Below, piece after piece: positions 1-8,743 of a stretch of 62,723 nucleotides of DNA; position 1 is the first letter of the stretch, and each line of letters begins with the position of its first letter. The position numbers were made by a program, and so were the translations under genes. Under the pieces are notes generated by a model, which saw nothing but the letters and a program-made list of their open reading frames with translations, was not told the origin of the DNA and ran no database searches. Origin of the DNA: a virus; the IMG/VR virus record IMGVR_UViG_3300028920_000026, positions 128,001 to 190,723 of that record; one strand, given 5' to 3'.

Positions 1-177
1 TCCTGAGATTGTCGGCGATCTGATCCTTCAAGGAATACGTTACATCAAACACATTCTTGATACCTGGACGTAGAGGCGTCTTGACGCCGTACATCGTGGG
101 AGTAGGTTCGACGGCCCTTGCGTCCTGAAGTGTTGTTTCTAAGGTTTTACCTACGCTTCGAAAGCTAAACGTTCCCA

Positions 178-1794
178 CTATGCCTCTTCCTCGCTGCCAT
201 AACTGATTATCTTTTCGACATCAATCACAACCAAAACTGGTCGACGATAGGAAGTTCCAGTAGGATCATCGGACGCATCAGTGGGGCCATCCTCAGGCCC
301 AGCGAACGGATGATTGTAGTAGCCGTCCTGCGTCTTCTTTTCGAATTTGTACGTAACCCTTTTGATCGCCGAACCGACAAGCTTACCGTCTGCACCTTTG
401 TTTTCTGGATCGGGCGCACCTCCACCGATGCCGGGCGCATCTCCAGAGTTTCCTCCCCCATAATCAGAGAGGAACATCTCAACGTGAAGCGGATGTGGTG
501 AATTACCTTCGCTTCCGATGAGAACTACATCGCCTTTCTTGAAGGCTGGAATCTCCTTGTCGCCGCGTGACTTGTCAAAGAGTATAGCGTCACGTTCATG
601 AGCGATCCTCAGCAGGCTGCTGATTGCCGTACCTTCTCTATAGGGTTCAGTGAAGAACCTATCACCCTTTGCACCGGCCGCGATCAGCGCCCCTCTGACG
701 AAGAGGCCGCATGATGATGCGCCTGATGCTGCAAATAATGCCTTTTGCTTGGGTCTTCCAGGTTCTCCTCGTTGACCATTGTCAGTGTCTGCGTTGTCGC
801 CGTACGATGGGTCACCGTCGTTCTTGTATATAAGATTTGGGAAGAGACCCATCGTGTATTTTTCACGCGTATCATCGTTTCCGTACGATGTTCCCTCCAT
901 CGTCTCTGCAAACCTGACTACTTTGTCCCGTGGGCCATCTTCAGAATGTTTACCAGGAAACGGCGGAGGTTCGTAGCCAAATTCTTTGCCCATCGCGCCG
1001 ACCGCCCCACCAGACGCAGACCCCAGCGTAACTCCGATGAGGTCGATTGCTAGACATTCACCCGTTCTGATTGCAAGGACCTTTGTAGTTGCGATCTGAA
1101 GCAATGGGTTTGGACCGTTTGTAGCGGCAAACGCATCGAGGGCGAGCTCACATATCGACGCAAGGTTTAGCGTAAGCAGGTCGATCGCCAACACAGGGAA
1201 CTGACCGATCAAGCTGACGAAAATATTCGGTAGTGCGAGGATCGGGTTGATCGCAAGTGTCGGAAGGTCCGCCATGATCTCAGGGAGCGGGATCTCTGGT
1301 ATCTCTGGAATCGGAATCGCCGGAGGGATCTCGAGAAGTGACATGATGTCCGGCAGCTTTGCCGCGATGTCGGGCGGCATGATTTCGAGCTTTAACATCA
1401 GCCTAGGTAGGTTCAACATCAAACCTGGAAACTTCGGCAACGAGATGCTCGGCATCGGCAGGTTCAACGTTGCGGCGATGTGAATCGGGTCAAAGATGAT
1501 CGGCAGAAACGGTGTCTGCCCAGGCATGTTCAGCGTCTGCGCGACGCTTAGGTACGCGCCTAACGCCCACTTGTGCCAGTCAGCGTACGTTTCTTCATCG
1601 TGTAGATCAGGTATTGGGAATCCTAAAGGCGCTGGAGGAATCTCTGGACCACACGGTGTAAGGAACGGGACTGAGAACTCGCTGCCCAACCTCAGCTGTT
1701 CACAAACATCTTCGATGAATCTGAACTTTGCTCCTTCTGTGAGCTCAGCACCGCCGACCTCAAGGACCCCGGCGTCTTCTTGGGTCATTCCCAT
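178..1794 (-). CDS. Large protein with central Pro/Ile-rich (I-P-E-I-P) repeats and a C-terminal NlpC/P60-like cysteine peptidase domain; possible virion-associated cell-wall hydrolase
   Basis: 538-aa ORF. The C-terminal region ...ASSCGLFVRG...GDVVLIGSEG...HVEMFLSDYGGG matches the Cys...His...His layout of NlpC/P60 (CHAP-like) peptidases. The middle is low-complexity IPPAIPIPEIPEIPLPEI. Its start codon lies 1 nt from the stop of the next minus-strand ORF (operon packing). Confidence 0.45.
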   Translation of the reverse strand: MGMTQEDAGVLEVGGAELTEGAKFRFIEDVCEQLRLGSEFSVPFLTPCGPEIPPAPLGFPIPDLHDEETYADWHKWALGAYLSVAQTLNMPGQTPFLPIIFDPIHIAATLNLPMPSISLPKFPGLMLNLPRLMLKLEIMPPDIAAKLPDIMSLLEIPPAIPIPEIPEIPLPEIMADLPTLAINPILALPNIFVSLIGQFPVLAIDLLTLNLASICELALDAFAATNGPNPLLQIATTKVLAIRTGECLAIDLIGVTLGSASGGAVGAMGKEFGYEPPPFPGKHSEDGPRDKVVRFAETMEGTSYGNDDTREKYTMGLFPNLIYKNDGDPSYGDNADTDNGQRGEPGRPKQKALFAASGASSCGLFVRGALIAAGAKGDRFFTEPYREGTAISSLLRIAHERDAILFDKSRGDKEIPAFKKGDVVLIGSEGNSPHPLHVEMFLSDYGGGNSGDAPGIGGGAPDPENKGADGKLVGSAIKRVTYKFEKKTQDGYYNHPFAGPEDGPTDASDDPTGTSYRRPVLVVIDVEKIISYGSEEEA

Positions 1795-1797
1795 TTG

Positions 1798-3312
1798 TCA
1801 ATCTCCGCTCTTGACAAGGATCCTATCTGCCCACATTCCCTGGCCTTTGACACCTGTAACCATCTGGCCACCCATTGTCGAGATTGGACCTATACCGGTG
1901 ACCTTTCCCGTTTCTCTGTTGAGCGTACATGGGATGTCAGACACAAAGACGCCTTTGTCAGCTTTTTCGTCACCGAGCAGCATGGCACCCGATGCGCCCG
2001 GTCGAATGACAACATCACCGTTCGCTCGAAGCGCGATTGCAGCCCATTGTGATGTGTCTTCTGTTGCACGCATCCTACCGTTGTCGTCACGTTCGTACGA
2101 TGTGACGTAAAAGACCATGTCAGAGCGTGCAATCACCCTTACTTTGTCTGATTTTAGGACGATTGCACCGTCACCCGATGATTCTGACTTGAGTTCTTCC
2201 TCGTCGGCGCCCCTGTCCTTGACGGCTGACTTGTCATCACCCGCAAGGTACGATTCGTTGAATCCTTGAAGGTTGAAGTTTGTGTCGACCATCGTCGTGT
2301 TTGCAACAAAAACACGAGACCTATCATTTACGTAGTCAATGTCGCCTTCTGTTGCCGAACGTTCTGATGCCGACTTTGCGACCTCCTCTCGTTCGAGAGA
2401 GTTGATGACGACGGATCCGAGCGTCTTTTCTGTTTGTCCTCTGCCGACGACAATGTCGATAAGTCCGATGTTTTTACCTTTGATGTCAGCTGCGCTGACG
2501 TCTGGTTCGGGTCCTTTGTTTTCGTTCTCAACGTCGCCGTCAATGTGTGTAGGTCCTATCCTATCAGTGCCAAAGATGATCGCCTGGTTGTTTGAACCCT
2601 CAAGCACAAAGTCCGCTGGGCGCTTGCTCAACCTGGGAACTGCTTCGTATGACGTGAGCTTTGATGCGTTTGAACCCGTTAGTATCTGTTCGTACGCGTC
2701 GCTCCCGCCTGAGATGTACCTTGAGTCGACGGTCGCAAATCGCTCATCATCATCAGAACGATCGCCAGTCCCGTTGAGGAAATCATACTCTGGTTTTGCT
2801 GTACCGTCAGCGAGGTTCTTGCTAGACCCACCCTTTGCAAACTCAGGATCCCCGTCACGCGGTGCGTGACAATGGTTCACATCATCAGAGTGATCGAACC
2901 CAACGATGCGCCAAAGCCACCATCCAATGTCAGTGTCCTTTTGACCAGGAGAATCGTAGAACACCCAGACGTGTTCACCTGCCTTGCACGGCATCGCGAT
3001 GTGCGACGGCATGAACGGGAAGTAGAACATCGGAGGTTCCTGTGGACCACTCTCTGTCAGGACTCGTTGGCCGACGATCGTGTTTCGTGGAAGGACGTTC
3101 ACAAACTTCATGTTTGAAACCTTCAACACGTTTCGCAGGTATGCGACGTACTGTTCAGTCATCGACTTCGGATCAAGCACTTCAAGGATGACGACTTTTG
3201 TGAAGTTCGGCACGGGAGGTGCATTGGCGTTCTCGTAATACTTCGATTCGTCGTTTCGAAGTGCGGGCAGGCGACCTTCTGCTACCGCTTGTTCGATGTC
3301 TTCGTAAAGCAT
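1798..3312 (-). CDS. Hypothetical protein (504 aa), possibly a structural or baseplate-associated partner of the downstream peptidase protein
   Basis: Long uninterrupted ORF, tightly coupled to the 178-1794 ORF. No recognisable catalytic motif. Confidence 0.4.
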   Translation of the reverse strand: MLYEDIEQAVAEGRLPALRNDESKYYENANAPPVPNFTKVVILEVLDPKSMTEQYVAYLRNVLKVSNMKFVNVLPRNTIVGQRVLTESGPQEPPMFYFPFMPSHIAMPCKAGEHVWVFYDSPGQKDTDIGWWLWRIVGFDHSDDVNHCHAPRDGDPEFAKGGSSKNLADGTAKPEYDFLNGTGDRSDDDERFATVDSRYISGGSDAYEQILTGSNASKLTSYEAVPRLSKRPADFVLEGSNNQAIIFGTDRIGPTHIDGDVENENKGPEPDVSAADIKGKNIGLIDIVVGRGQTEKTLGSVVINSLEREEVAKSASERSATEGDIDYVNDRSRVFVANTTMVDTNFNLQGFNESYLAGDDKSAVKDRGADEEELKSESSGDGAIVLKSDKVRVIARSDMVFYVTSYERDDNGRMRATEDTSQWAAIALRANGDVVIRPGASGAMLLGDEKADKGVFVSDIPCTLNRETGKVTGIGPISTMGGQMVTGVKGQGMWADRILVKSGD

Positions 3313-3313
3313 C

Positions 3314-3712
3314 TCAGTTCTTCTTGCCGTTGTCTCTCTTGTTGATCATGTCGTAAATATCGTTGTGTGAAGGTCCATCATCCTTCGCTTGTGCCTTTGC
3401 AATGAGTTCAGCGAGCTTGATCATCTGGTCATTCGCTCGACCCATGCGTTCAAGGAACGTTGCCATCGTCTTGCCGTGAACGGCATGCTCGGAGCTTTTT
3501 TCCTGGCAGATCTTCACCAGAGTCACGTAGTTTGAGTACGCATTTTGTCTATCAGTCAGAGCGTTCTCGTAGATCTCAAGCCACAACAATCGCTTCTTTT
3601 CATCAAGGTCTTCAATGTCCTTTAACAGGGCATTGAAGTTGCCGAGACGCTTCTGCACCTCGGCAGGAGAAAGCATGACGTCAGTCAAAGAACATGAATC
3701 TTGCGTTGTCAC
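3314..3712 (-). CDS. Hypothetical protein (132 aa)
   Basis: ORF in the same-strand gene train. No motif recognised. Confidence 0.35.
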   Translation of the reverse strand: MTTQDSCSLTDVMLSPAEVQKRLGNFNALLKDIEDLDEKKRLLWLEIYENALTDRQNAYSNYVTLVKICQEKSSEHAVHGKTMATFLERMGRANDQMIKLAELIAKAQAKDDGPSHNDIYDMINKRDNGKKN

Positions 3713-4490
3713 CTTTTATCCTCCTATAGTGTCGCTTGATCGACTGCATCGTTGTTGTAAGTTGCTTGGGAGAAAGTCCAGAGATCTCACGTAGGTATAG
3801 CAGGATCGCACCCTTGTTGAGCAGGTCGAGCTCGTTGATGTTCTGAAAAATTGTGATGATCGCATTGATACAAATTAGCTCGTTCTCTGTTCGAGCCTTC
3901 TCCCTGATCTCACATAGAAGGTCGATGACAGACTGAGCCATTGCTTGCTTTTCGAGCAGCTCATCTTGTCCAGGAATCGTACAGTGTTCCTCGATGATCC
4001 TGGACTCATTTGCATTCAGAGCATCCGGATCGTCAAGGCTGACAGACCTGCGAACACGCGTCACGCGCTGCTTCGTCTTGATGATCAGCCAGTTCTTAGC
4101 GACCACATTGAAGTAGCTGAATGCATTCGTTCCACGAGTTGCATCGAACTTCCCGATCGTTTCAAACAGGAAGTTGACACAGTCGTTCTTGAGGTCCTCG
4201 TACGAATCGTGCATCGCACGGAACTTGTGAATGTTGATCAGGTTTTCAACAAGCTTTTCAAATGCAGGCATGATGTCCTGCACGTAGATGCCTTCCCTGT
4301 CCTTGTGATCATTGGACTGTTGGTACCTGACTATTGCATCCTGAGTTCCAGAATGGAAATAGAGCTTCTTCTCTCCGCCCTTGCGTCGACGCTGGATCTT
4401 ACGTCCCTTCGTTGGTACCGTGGAAGGCGTTTGTGTTTGGTCTGTCATCCGGCTCCTCTTCTGCTGCAAAATCGTCCAACAGGCTAGCAA
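3681..4490 (-). CDS. RNA polymerase sigma factor, sigma-70 family (region 2 plus a C-terminal region-4-like HTH); possibly a gp55-type phage late sigma
   Basis: The segment DLKNDCVNFLFETIGKFDATRGTNAFSYFNVVAKNWLIIK matches sigma-70 region 2 (FD..RG..FSTYA..WI). The C-terminal LLYLREISGLSPKQLTTTMQSIKRHYRRI resembles the region 4.2 HTH. An alternative ATG start (M15) lies at 4448. Confidence 0.5.
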   Translation of the reverse strand: MLACWTILQQKRSRMTDQTQTPSTVPTKGRKIQRRRKGGEKKLYFHSGTQDAIVRYQQSNDHKDREGIYVQDIMPAFEKLVENLINIHKFRAMHDSYEDLKNDCVNFLFETIGKFDATRGTNAFSYFNVVAKNWLIIKTKQRVTRVRRSVSLDDPDALNANESRIIEEHCTIPGQDELLEKQAMAQSVIDLLCEIREKARTENELICINAIITIFQNINELDLLNKGAILLYLREISGLSPKQLTTTMQSIKRHYRRIKGDNARFMFFD

Positions 4491-4752
4491 CCTCGTCGCG
4501 CGCTTCCTTCACGACCTTTACAAGAAGTACGACGATAGGTTCATTGCTAACGACCGGGTATTTTGAGACCTTGTCAATTTCAGCGTGGACCTTTATTAAG
4601 ACTTTCTTCGAACGTTCGAGAAAATCCTCCTCATCATTGCGCAGGTCCTCAAGCGAGAGCAAACGACCAGAAAGCCGCAAAGACGCGTTTGCTATAAAAA
4701 AAAGGAAGACCAACGTGATGATGTTTGTAACGATGAGGAGGGTGGTAAGCAT
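4399..4752 (-). CDS. Small membrane protein (one predicted N-terminal TM helix)
   Basis: An internal ATG at 4750-4752 overlaps the TAA stop of the upstream glycosyltransferase (TAATG). The hydrophobic stretch LLIVTNIITLVFLFFIANASL predicts one TM helix. Function unknown. Confidence 0.3.
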   Translation of the reverse strand: MLTTLLIVTNIITLVFLFFIANASLRLSGRLLSLEDLRNDEEDFLERSKKVLIKVHAEIDKVSKYPVVSNEPIVVLLVKVVKEARDEVASLLDDFAAEEEPDDRPNTNAFHGTNEGT

Positions 4753-5921
4753 TATGTCAGCTGCTCCTTGAATGTATCTTCGTATATGTTTGCGATCTTC
4801 TCGAAGCCGTACATGTTGAGCAGCTTGTTTTTGAGCGCCGCGGCCCATTCGTTCGGTTTTAACGAGTTATCGTAGAACTTTCGAACACGACGCTTGAAAT
4901 CAGCCTCAGAGGCTTCAGCCCACCTTGTACCAGGAACGAAGATCTTGTTGTCGATTCTTGAACTATGGATTTCCTTAAGATCATAGTGGACCTGAATAAA
5001 GCGTCCGTGCTTCATAAAGTCCATGTGTCCAGACCACGGTGTTGCGATAACAGGAAGCCCGCTGACCGCTGCTTCAAGGATAGGCAAACCATAACCTTCG
5101 CCACGAGTGATTGCAACGAGGGCTTTCACTGACGGGTGTCTGTAGATCGTGGCTACCTGTTCGTCCGTTAGGCTTCCATGTATGACATGGATTCGCGGGA
5201 ACTCTCCTACGCGGACCTCCTTGATCAGGTCTGTCGTCATCTGAAAGACGCGCTCGCGGTCAATTTTTGTGTTCCTTGCTGTGTTTGTTTTCAAAACAAT
5301 GCCCACATCAGGGTTGTCCTTGAACTCTTCACATAACCACCTGATCGTGAAGAAGATGTTCTTCCTGTCGTTGTATGGGTTCGTACCTGTGATTTGCCCA
5401 AACACCAGAAAGTTGTGTTTCGTTGACGTTTCACCGAGTGGACATTCAGGAAGCGCTTCATCCGGCAACGCGATCGAATCATGAAACGATTCTGGGATCA
5501 CATACATCGGAACTTTGACCTCGCCTGCATTCGTCAGAGACTTTGCCGAGTGTTCTGATGGGACGACGATTGCATCCATTGCATTGCAGTGATTCACCCA
5601 TTCTGGGCTTGCTCTGTCGGTTTCAACGGCCGCAGTGACACCAACGTTGAACTTTGCAATCTTGGGATCCCACTCGTTCGGCAGCTGGACCTGAAAACTA
5701 ACGTCTGCCTGCCCTTCCATCGGCTTAGAGAAGTTCATAAGTTTACCGATCAGCCCATTTTGGGCGTCCGGCGTGAGGTGCCATGGCGTGATCCCCCAAG
5801 GAAGTGCTCCGACGTAGAGGTCAATGTTGTTCCTTTCGACAAGCCATCGCGCGATCTGGCGCGAGTGCACCCCATAACCCGACTGCGTAAAAACCGGGCC
5901 TCTGATGAAAACCTTCTTCAT
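4752..5921 (-). CDS. Glycosyltransferase, GT4/GT1 (retaining GT-B) family
   Basis: The C-terminal EGYGLPILEAAVSGLPVIATPWSG matches the E-x7-E motif of GT4 enzymes. The start was trimmed to the ATG at 5919-5921, which overlaps the stop of the next GT. Confidence 0.65.
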   Translation of the reverse strand: MKKVFIRGPVFTQSGYGVHSRQIARWLVERNNIDLYVGALPWGITPWHLTPDAQNGLIGKLMNFSKPMEGQADVSFQVQLPNEWDPKIAKFNVGVTAAVETDRASPEWVNHCNAMDAIVVPSEHSAKSLTNAGEVKVPMYVIPESFHDSIALPDEALPECPLGETSTKHNFLVFGQITGTNPYNDRKNIFFTIRWLCEEFKDNPDVGIVLKTNTARNTKIDRERVFQMTTDLIKEVRVGEFPRIHVIHGSLTDEQVATIYRHPSVKALVAITRGEGYGLPILEAAVSGLPVIATPWSGHMDFMKHGRFIQVHYDLKEIHSSRIDNKIFVPGTRWAEASEADFKRRVRKFYDNSLKPNEWAAALKNKLLNMYGFEKIANIYEDTFKEQLT

Positions 5922-7159
5922 TAGAACTCCTTCGTCGTCCAGGGCGTGTAGCTCCAGTTTGCGATTGTGTGCTGCAGCGTCTCGTCCCAGCTTGTGACCA
6001 TCTGTTCGATCCTGTAGTCCCGGATGCAGTGTTCCCTGCACTTTTCGCCGAGCGCACGACGTTCGTCTGCACCGAATTCGTACATCTTCATGATCGCATC
6101 AGTGAACGTCTTGTTGCTGACAAAGTCCTCGTAGATGTACGGAATCATCTGGTTTCCAACACAACATCTGACCTCTGGATCGAGCGCGATTCCGTAGTTA
6201 AACCCATCGATGTGGTCCTCAACCTGTCTGCCAAGTCCACCAGTCTTGATCGCGATCGCTGGCGTACCTGCGAGCTTTCCTTCAAGGATCGGTAAACCGA
6301 AGCCTTCGTTGCACGATCTGTTCAGCTGTACGTCAGCGATGTTGTAGATGACATTCATCATGTCAAAGCCGATCCTGTCCTTCGAATAGGTGACGTTGTC
6401 CTTCACGCCCATCTTGTCTGTCACCTGGAACAGGTCGGAACCTTCCTTGTCTTTGGGATCGGTGTGAAGCAGCAACGTTGCCTTTCGATGACCATGATTC
6501 CTTTCAAGTTCATCGAGGAAGTCCTTCCACGATACGATGATGTCATTGACCATCTTACGACGAGCGTTCCTGCCGACGTACAGGGCGATGAAGTGATCCT
6601 CTCGTTCCTTGCCAAGCAGGTTGCGCTTGTGCATCTTGATGTCCTCTTCCGAGAGCGGCTTGTAGAGCTCTGACGGAACGGCATGAGGAACGTAGTGGGT
6701 GCGTTCTGGGAACCATGAACGCACCATCTCGTACGTTGGATAGTTGATGCAGTTGATCAGGTCGGTGCTTTCGTACAGCACACGGTTGAATTCTGGGCGT
6801 GGGTCATTGTCCCACAGGTGATTGTAGACGATGGGACAGATCTGGTGGATCTCGTCTTCCATCTCCCAGACCCACATGAAGAACCTCGGATCCGTGAACA
6901 GGAACAGCGCATCAGGCTTTTCTGAAACGAGTACCTGGCGCAGCATGTTCGGATTTCCGAACCCGTCGGTCGGCTTGATGATGAAGTCATCGTTCACGAC
7001 AACGGTTCTGTAGTCATCGTGTTTGATTGCCGCTCCGAAGCATCGAAACGAATAACGGCCTGTCTTCAACAGACCGTCGATCAACCACCTCGCCTGCGTA
7101 CCCACGCCGCTCGTAGAGAGAGGGTGGTCAGCCAACATCACGATCTTGGACTTTGGCAT
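5921..7159 (-). CDS. Glycosyltransferase, GT4/GT1 family
   Basis: The motif NEGFGLPILEGKLAGTPAIAIKTGG (E-x7-E) is present. The protein is 412 aa. Confidence 0.65.
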   Translation of the reverse strand: MPKSKIVMLADHPLSTSGVGTQARWLIDGLLKTGRYSFRCFGAAIKHDDYRTVVVNDDFIIKPTDGFGNPNMLRQVLVSEKPDALFLFTDPRFFMWVWEMEDEIHQICPIVYNHLWDNDPRPEFNRVLYESTDLINCINYPTYEMVRSWFPERTHYVPHAVPSELYKPLSEEDIKMHKRNLLGKEREDHFIALYVGRNARRKMVNDIIVSWKDFLDELERNHGHRKATLLLHTDPKDKEGSDLFQVTDKMGVKDNVTYSKDRIGFDMMNVIYNIADVQLNRSCNEGFGLPILEGKLAGTPAIAIKTGGLGRQVEDHIDGFNYGIALDPEVRCCVGNQMIPYIYEDFVSNKTFTDAIMKMYEFGADERRALGEKCREHCIRDYRIEQMVTSWDETLQHTIANWSYTPWTTKEF

Positions 7160-7243
7160 ACTATCTGCGTTCTCCTGGGCTCTCAGGACAGATAGTAACC
7201 ACTCAGCGTGAATGTTTTTATCTTGAGGAAGGAATTCTGCCGT

Positions 7244-8167
7244 TTATATCTGTCTGTAGATGGAATCGCAGTGCTCGGTCCCAAAATAATCGCACCACTT
7301 GCAACCCGTCCTGTCCTTGATTGCAATACCGCGGTGGAGCGTGACAAGCATATCTTTGACGAGTTTGCCAGCTCGTTCCGACGTAATGTCACCGACTGAG
7401 ACCGGGAAGAAATCACACAGCGTTCCAGGCTTTCCTTCCCTTTTTAGGATGACAAACGCACACCTGACGTCCTTGAAGTTTGCACCTGTCTTCTGACACC
7501 AGAAGCGTTTGTAGAGGATGAGCTGGTTCTTGGTCATCACGTCCTGCTTCTTTTCCTTGAACCAACCACGCGTCGAAGTCTTCCAATCGATGAGCCACGT
7601 AAGCCGCTTCTTGCCGCGCTTGTCAAGGCACGTGATCACACCATCGATGAAGCCTTTAAACGCGTGTTCGAAGCCCTCGACCTGCTCGTAGAGCTGGTGT
7701 TCAGCCTCAACGAACTCCCAGTTCGGAAAGTTGTCATCCATGAACGCAGGTATCTCTGCGAGGATTGCTCGAGCCTGCTTCTTCCACGTTTCCCGCCCCT
7801 GTACAATGACTCTACCACGAGGCGTCTTGATGTCAACCTTTGAGAACGATTGTTTCCATTTCTCGAGGTCATCACCCGAGAGGACGTCCGATGGTGGGTT
7901 TGCTCGCATCTTGTCCCACATTTTGTCGATCATGTCAGTCGCAATCTCGACCTTCATCTTGCGCGTTTCGAGGAAGTCCTGCAGCGCAGCGTGAATGGCT
8001 GTTCCAAACAGTGCATGGACGTTTTGAACATACTTGTCGAGCTTGTCGATCTGGGCAAGCTTGTGTGCCCAGGTACATCCAAACCACATCGAGAGTTCAG
8101 AAAACGAGACGTGAGGTTTTCCAGTCGGAAGATTCACAAGGTTCAGCTTTACCTTCTTTTTTGTCAT
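7244..8167 (-). CDS. Cas4/RecB-family PD-(D/E)xK exonuclease with a 4-Cys Fe-S signature
   Basis: Motifs FKGFIDGV ... LIDWKTS ... QLILYKRFW (D, D-x-K, QxxxY) are present. The cysteines are one N-terminal Cys (FGCTW) and the C-terminal CKWCDYFGTEHC. The start was trimmed to the ATG at 8165-8167 because the first 26 codons of the track ORF are simply the reverse translation of the tRNA gene. Confidence 0.55.
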   Translation of the reverse strand: MTKKKVKLNLVNLPTGKPHVSFSELSMWFGCTWAHKLAQIDKLDKYVQNVHALFGTAIHAALQDFLETRKMKVEIATDMIDKMWDKMRANPPSDVLSGDDLEKWKQSFSKVDIKTPRGRVIVQGRETWKKQARAILAEIPAFMDDNFPNWEFVEAEHQLYEQVEGFEHAFKGFIDGVITCLDKRGKKRLTWLIDWKTSTRGWFKEKKQDVMTKNQLILYKRFWCQKTGANFKDVRCAFVILKREGKPGTLCDFFPVSVGDITSERAGKLVKDMLVTLHRGIAIKDRTGCKWCDYFGTEHCDSIYRQI

Positions 8168-8184
8168 CGTTCGTCCCCTTTCAG

Positions 8185-8259
8185 CGCCTCCAGAGGGATT
8201 CGAACCCTCGACATTTCCGCGTTTTAAAGACGCGTGCTCTACCACTGAGCTACAGAGGC
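8185..8259 (-). tRNA. tRNA with anticodon 5'-UUA-3' (would decode UAA; ochre-suppressor-type), class I, no encoded CCA
   Basis: The minus-strand read is GCCTCTG-TA-GCTC-AGTGGTA-GAGC-A-CGCGT-CTTTAAA-ACGCG-GAAATGTC-GAGGG-TTCGAAT-CCCTC-TGGAGGC-G. The anticodon stem (CGCGT/ACGCG) is a perfect 5 bp and the loop is 7 nt (C32 U33 UUA A37 A38). The canonical D-arm has G18G19, and the T-loop is TTCGAAT. The acceptor stem has two G-U pairs. The variable region is 8 nt, which is slightly atypical. Confidence 0.6.
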
Positions 8260-8739
8260 GAAATGTTTCTGATAAAAGCGTTTTGAATTGATACTTCTGT
8301 GTGTTTGCCCCTTACCGATGTTTTTGCCCTTGTATGTGTCAGTTTGAGCATGACAATTTGGACAAATAAGACGTAGATTTTCTTTCTTATTGTTTGTGAT
8401 GTTACCATCAATGTGATCAATTTCAATGAGAATTAAACGTGACATCCATGTTGTATTTTTGCATATTTCGCACAAATGACCACGTTCTTTTATGAGACGT
8501 CTTTTTCTCGCAGCATCGGAACGCAACTCATCAAATGATTTTTGATGAGTTGCAATGTTATGAGAAATCAACGCACCCTTTGATTCAAACCTTAAGCCAC
8601 AAATTCTACATTGATGATTTGAACGTCTATATTCTTTGCGTTTTGGAATTTCTCCCTTTCGAACATGACCCGAAATGTGACCAGTAAGTTGTTCTTTTGA
8701 AGAACACTCTTGACCACAATGATGACATTTTAAGATCAT
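8239..8739 (-). CDS. HNH homing endonuclease with N-terminal C2H2-type zinc fingers
   Basis: The HNH core is EIDHIDGNITNNKKENLRLICPNCH. There are two CxxC...HxxxH fingers (CHHCGQ...H, CRICGL...H). The last 7 codons and the TAG stop lie inside the 5' end of the tRNA gene. Confidence 0.7.
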   Translation of the reverse strand: MILKCHHCGQECSSKEQLTGHISGHVRKGEIPKRKEYRRSNHQCRICGLRFESKGALISHNIATHQKSFDELRSDAARKRRLIKERGHLCEICKNTTWMSRLILIEIDHIDGNITNNKKENLRLICPNCHAQTDTYKGKNIGKGQTHRSINSKRFYQKHFASVAQW

Positions 8740-8743
8740 CTAC

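Noticed and set aside
225-1053. Small ORFs inside or antisense to the 178-1794 gene (225-482, 310-501, 684-911, 745-1053, 779-976)
   Set aside because: They are fully nested within a long ORF with clear domain content, and have no independent signals.
8168-8245. N-terminal 26 codons of the track ORF 7244-8245 (MVEHASLKRGNVEGSNPSGGAERGRT)
   Set aside because: This stretch is the reverse-strand translation of the tRNA gene, so it is not coding. The nuclease start moves to the ATG at 8165-8167.
8185-8259. Alternative reading of the tRNA as tRNA-Leu(UAA), a normal sense tRNA
   Set aside because: The strand orientation is fixed by the T-loop TTCGAAT and the acceptor pairing. The 5'-3' anticodon is UUA, not UAA. 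The variable arm is short (class I), unlike Leu.
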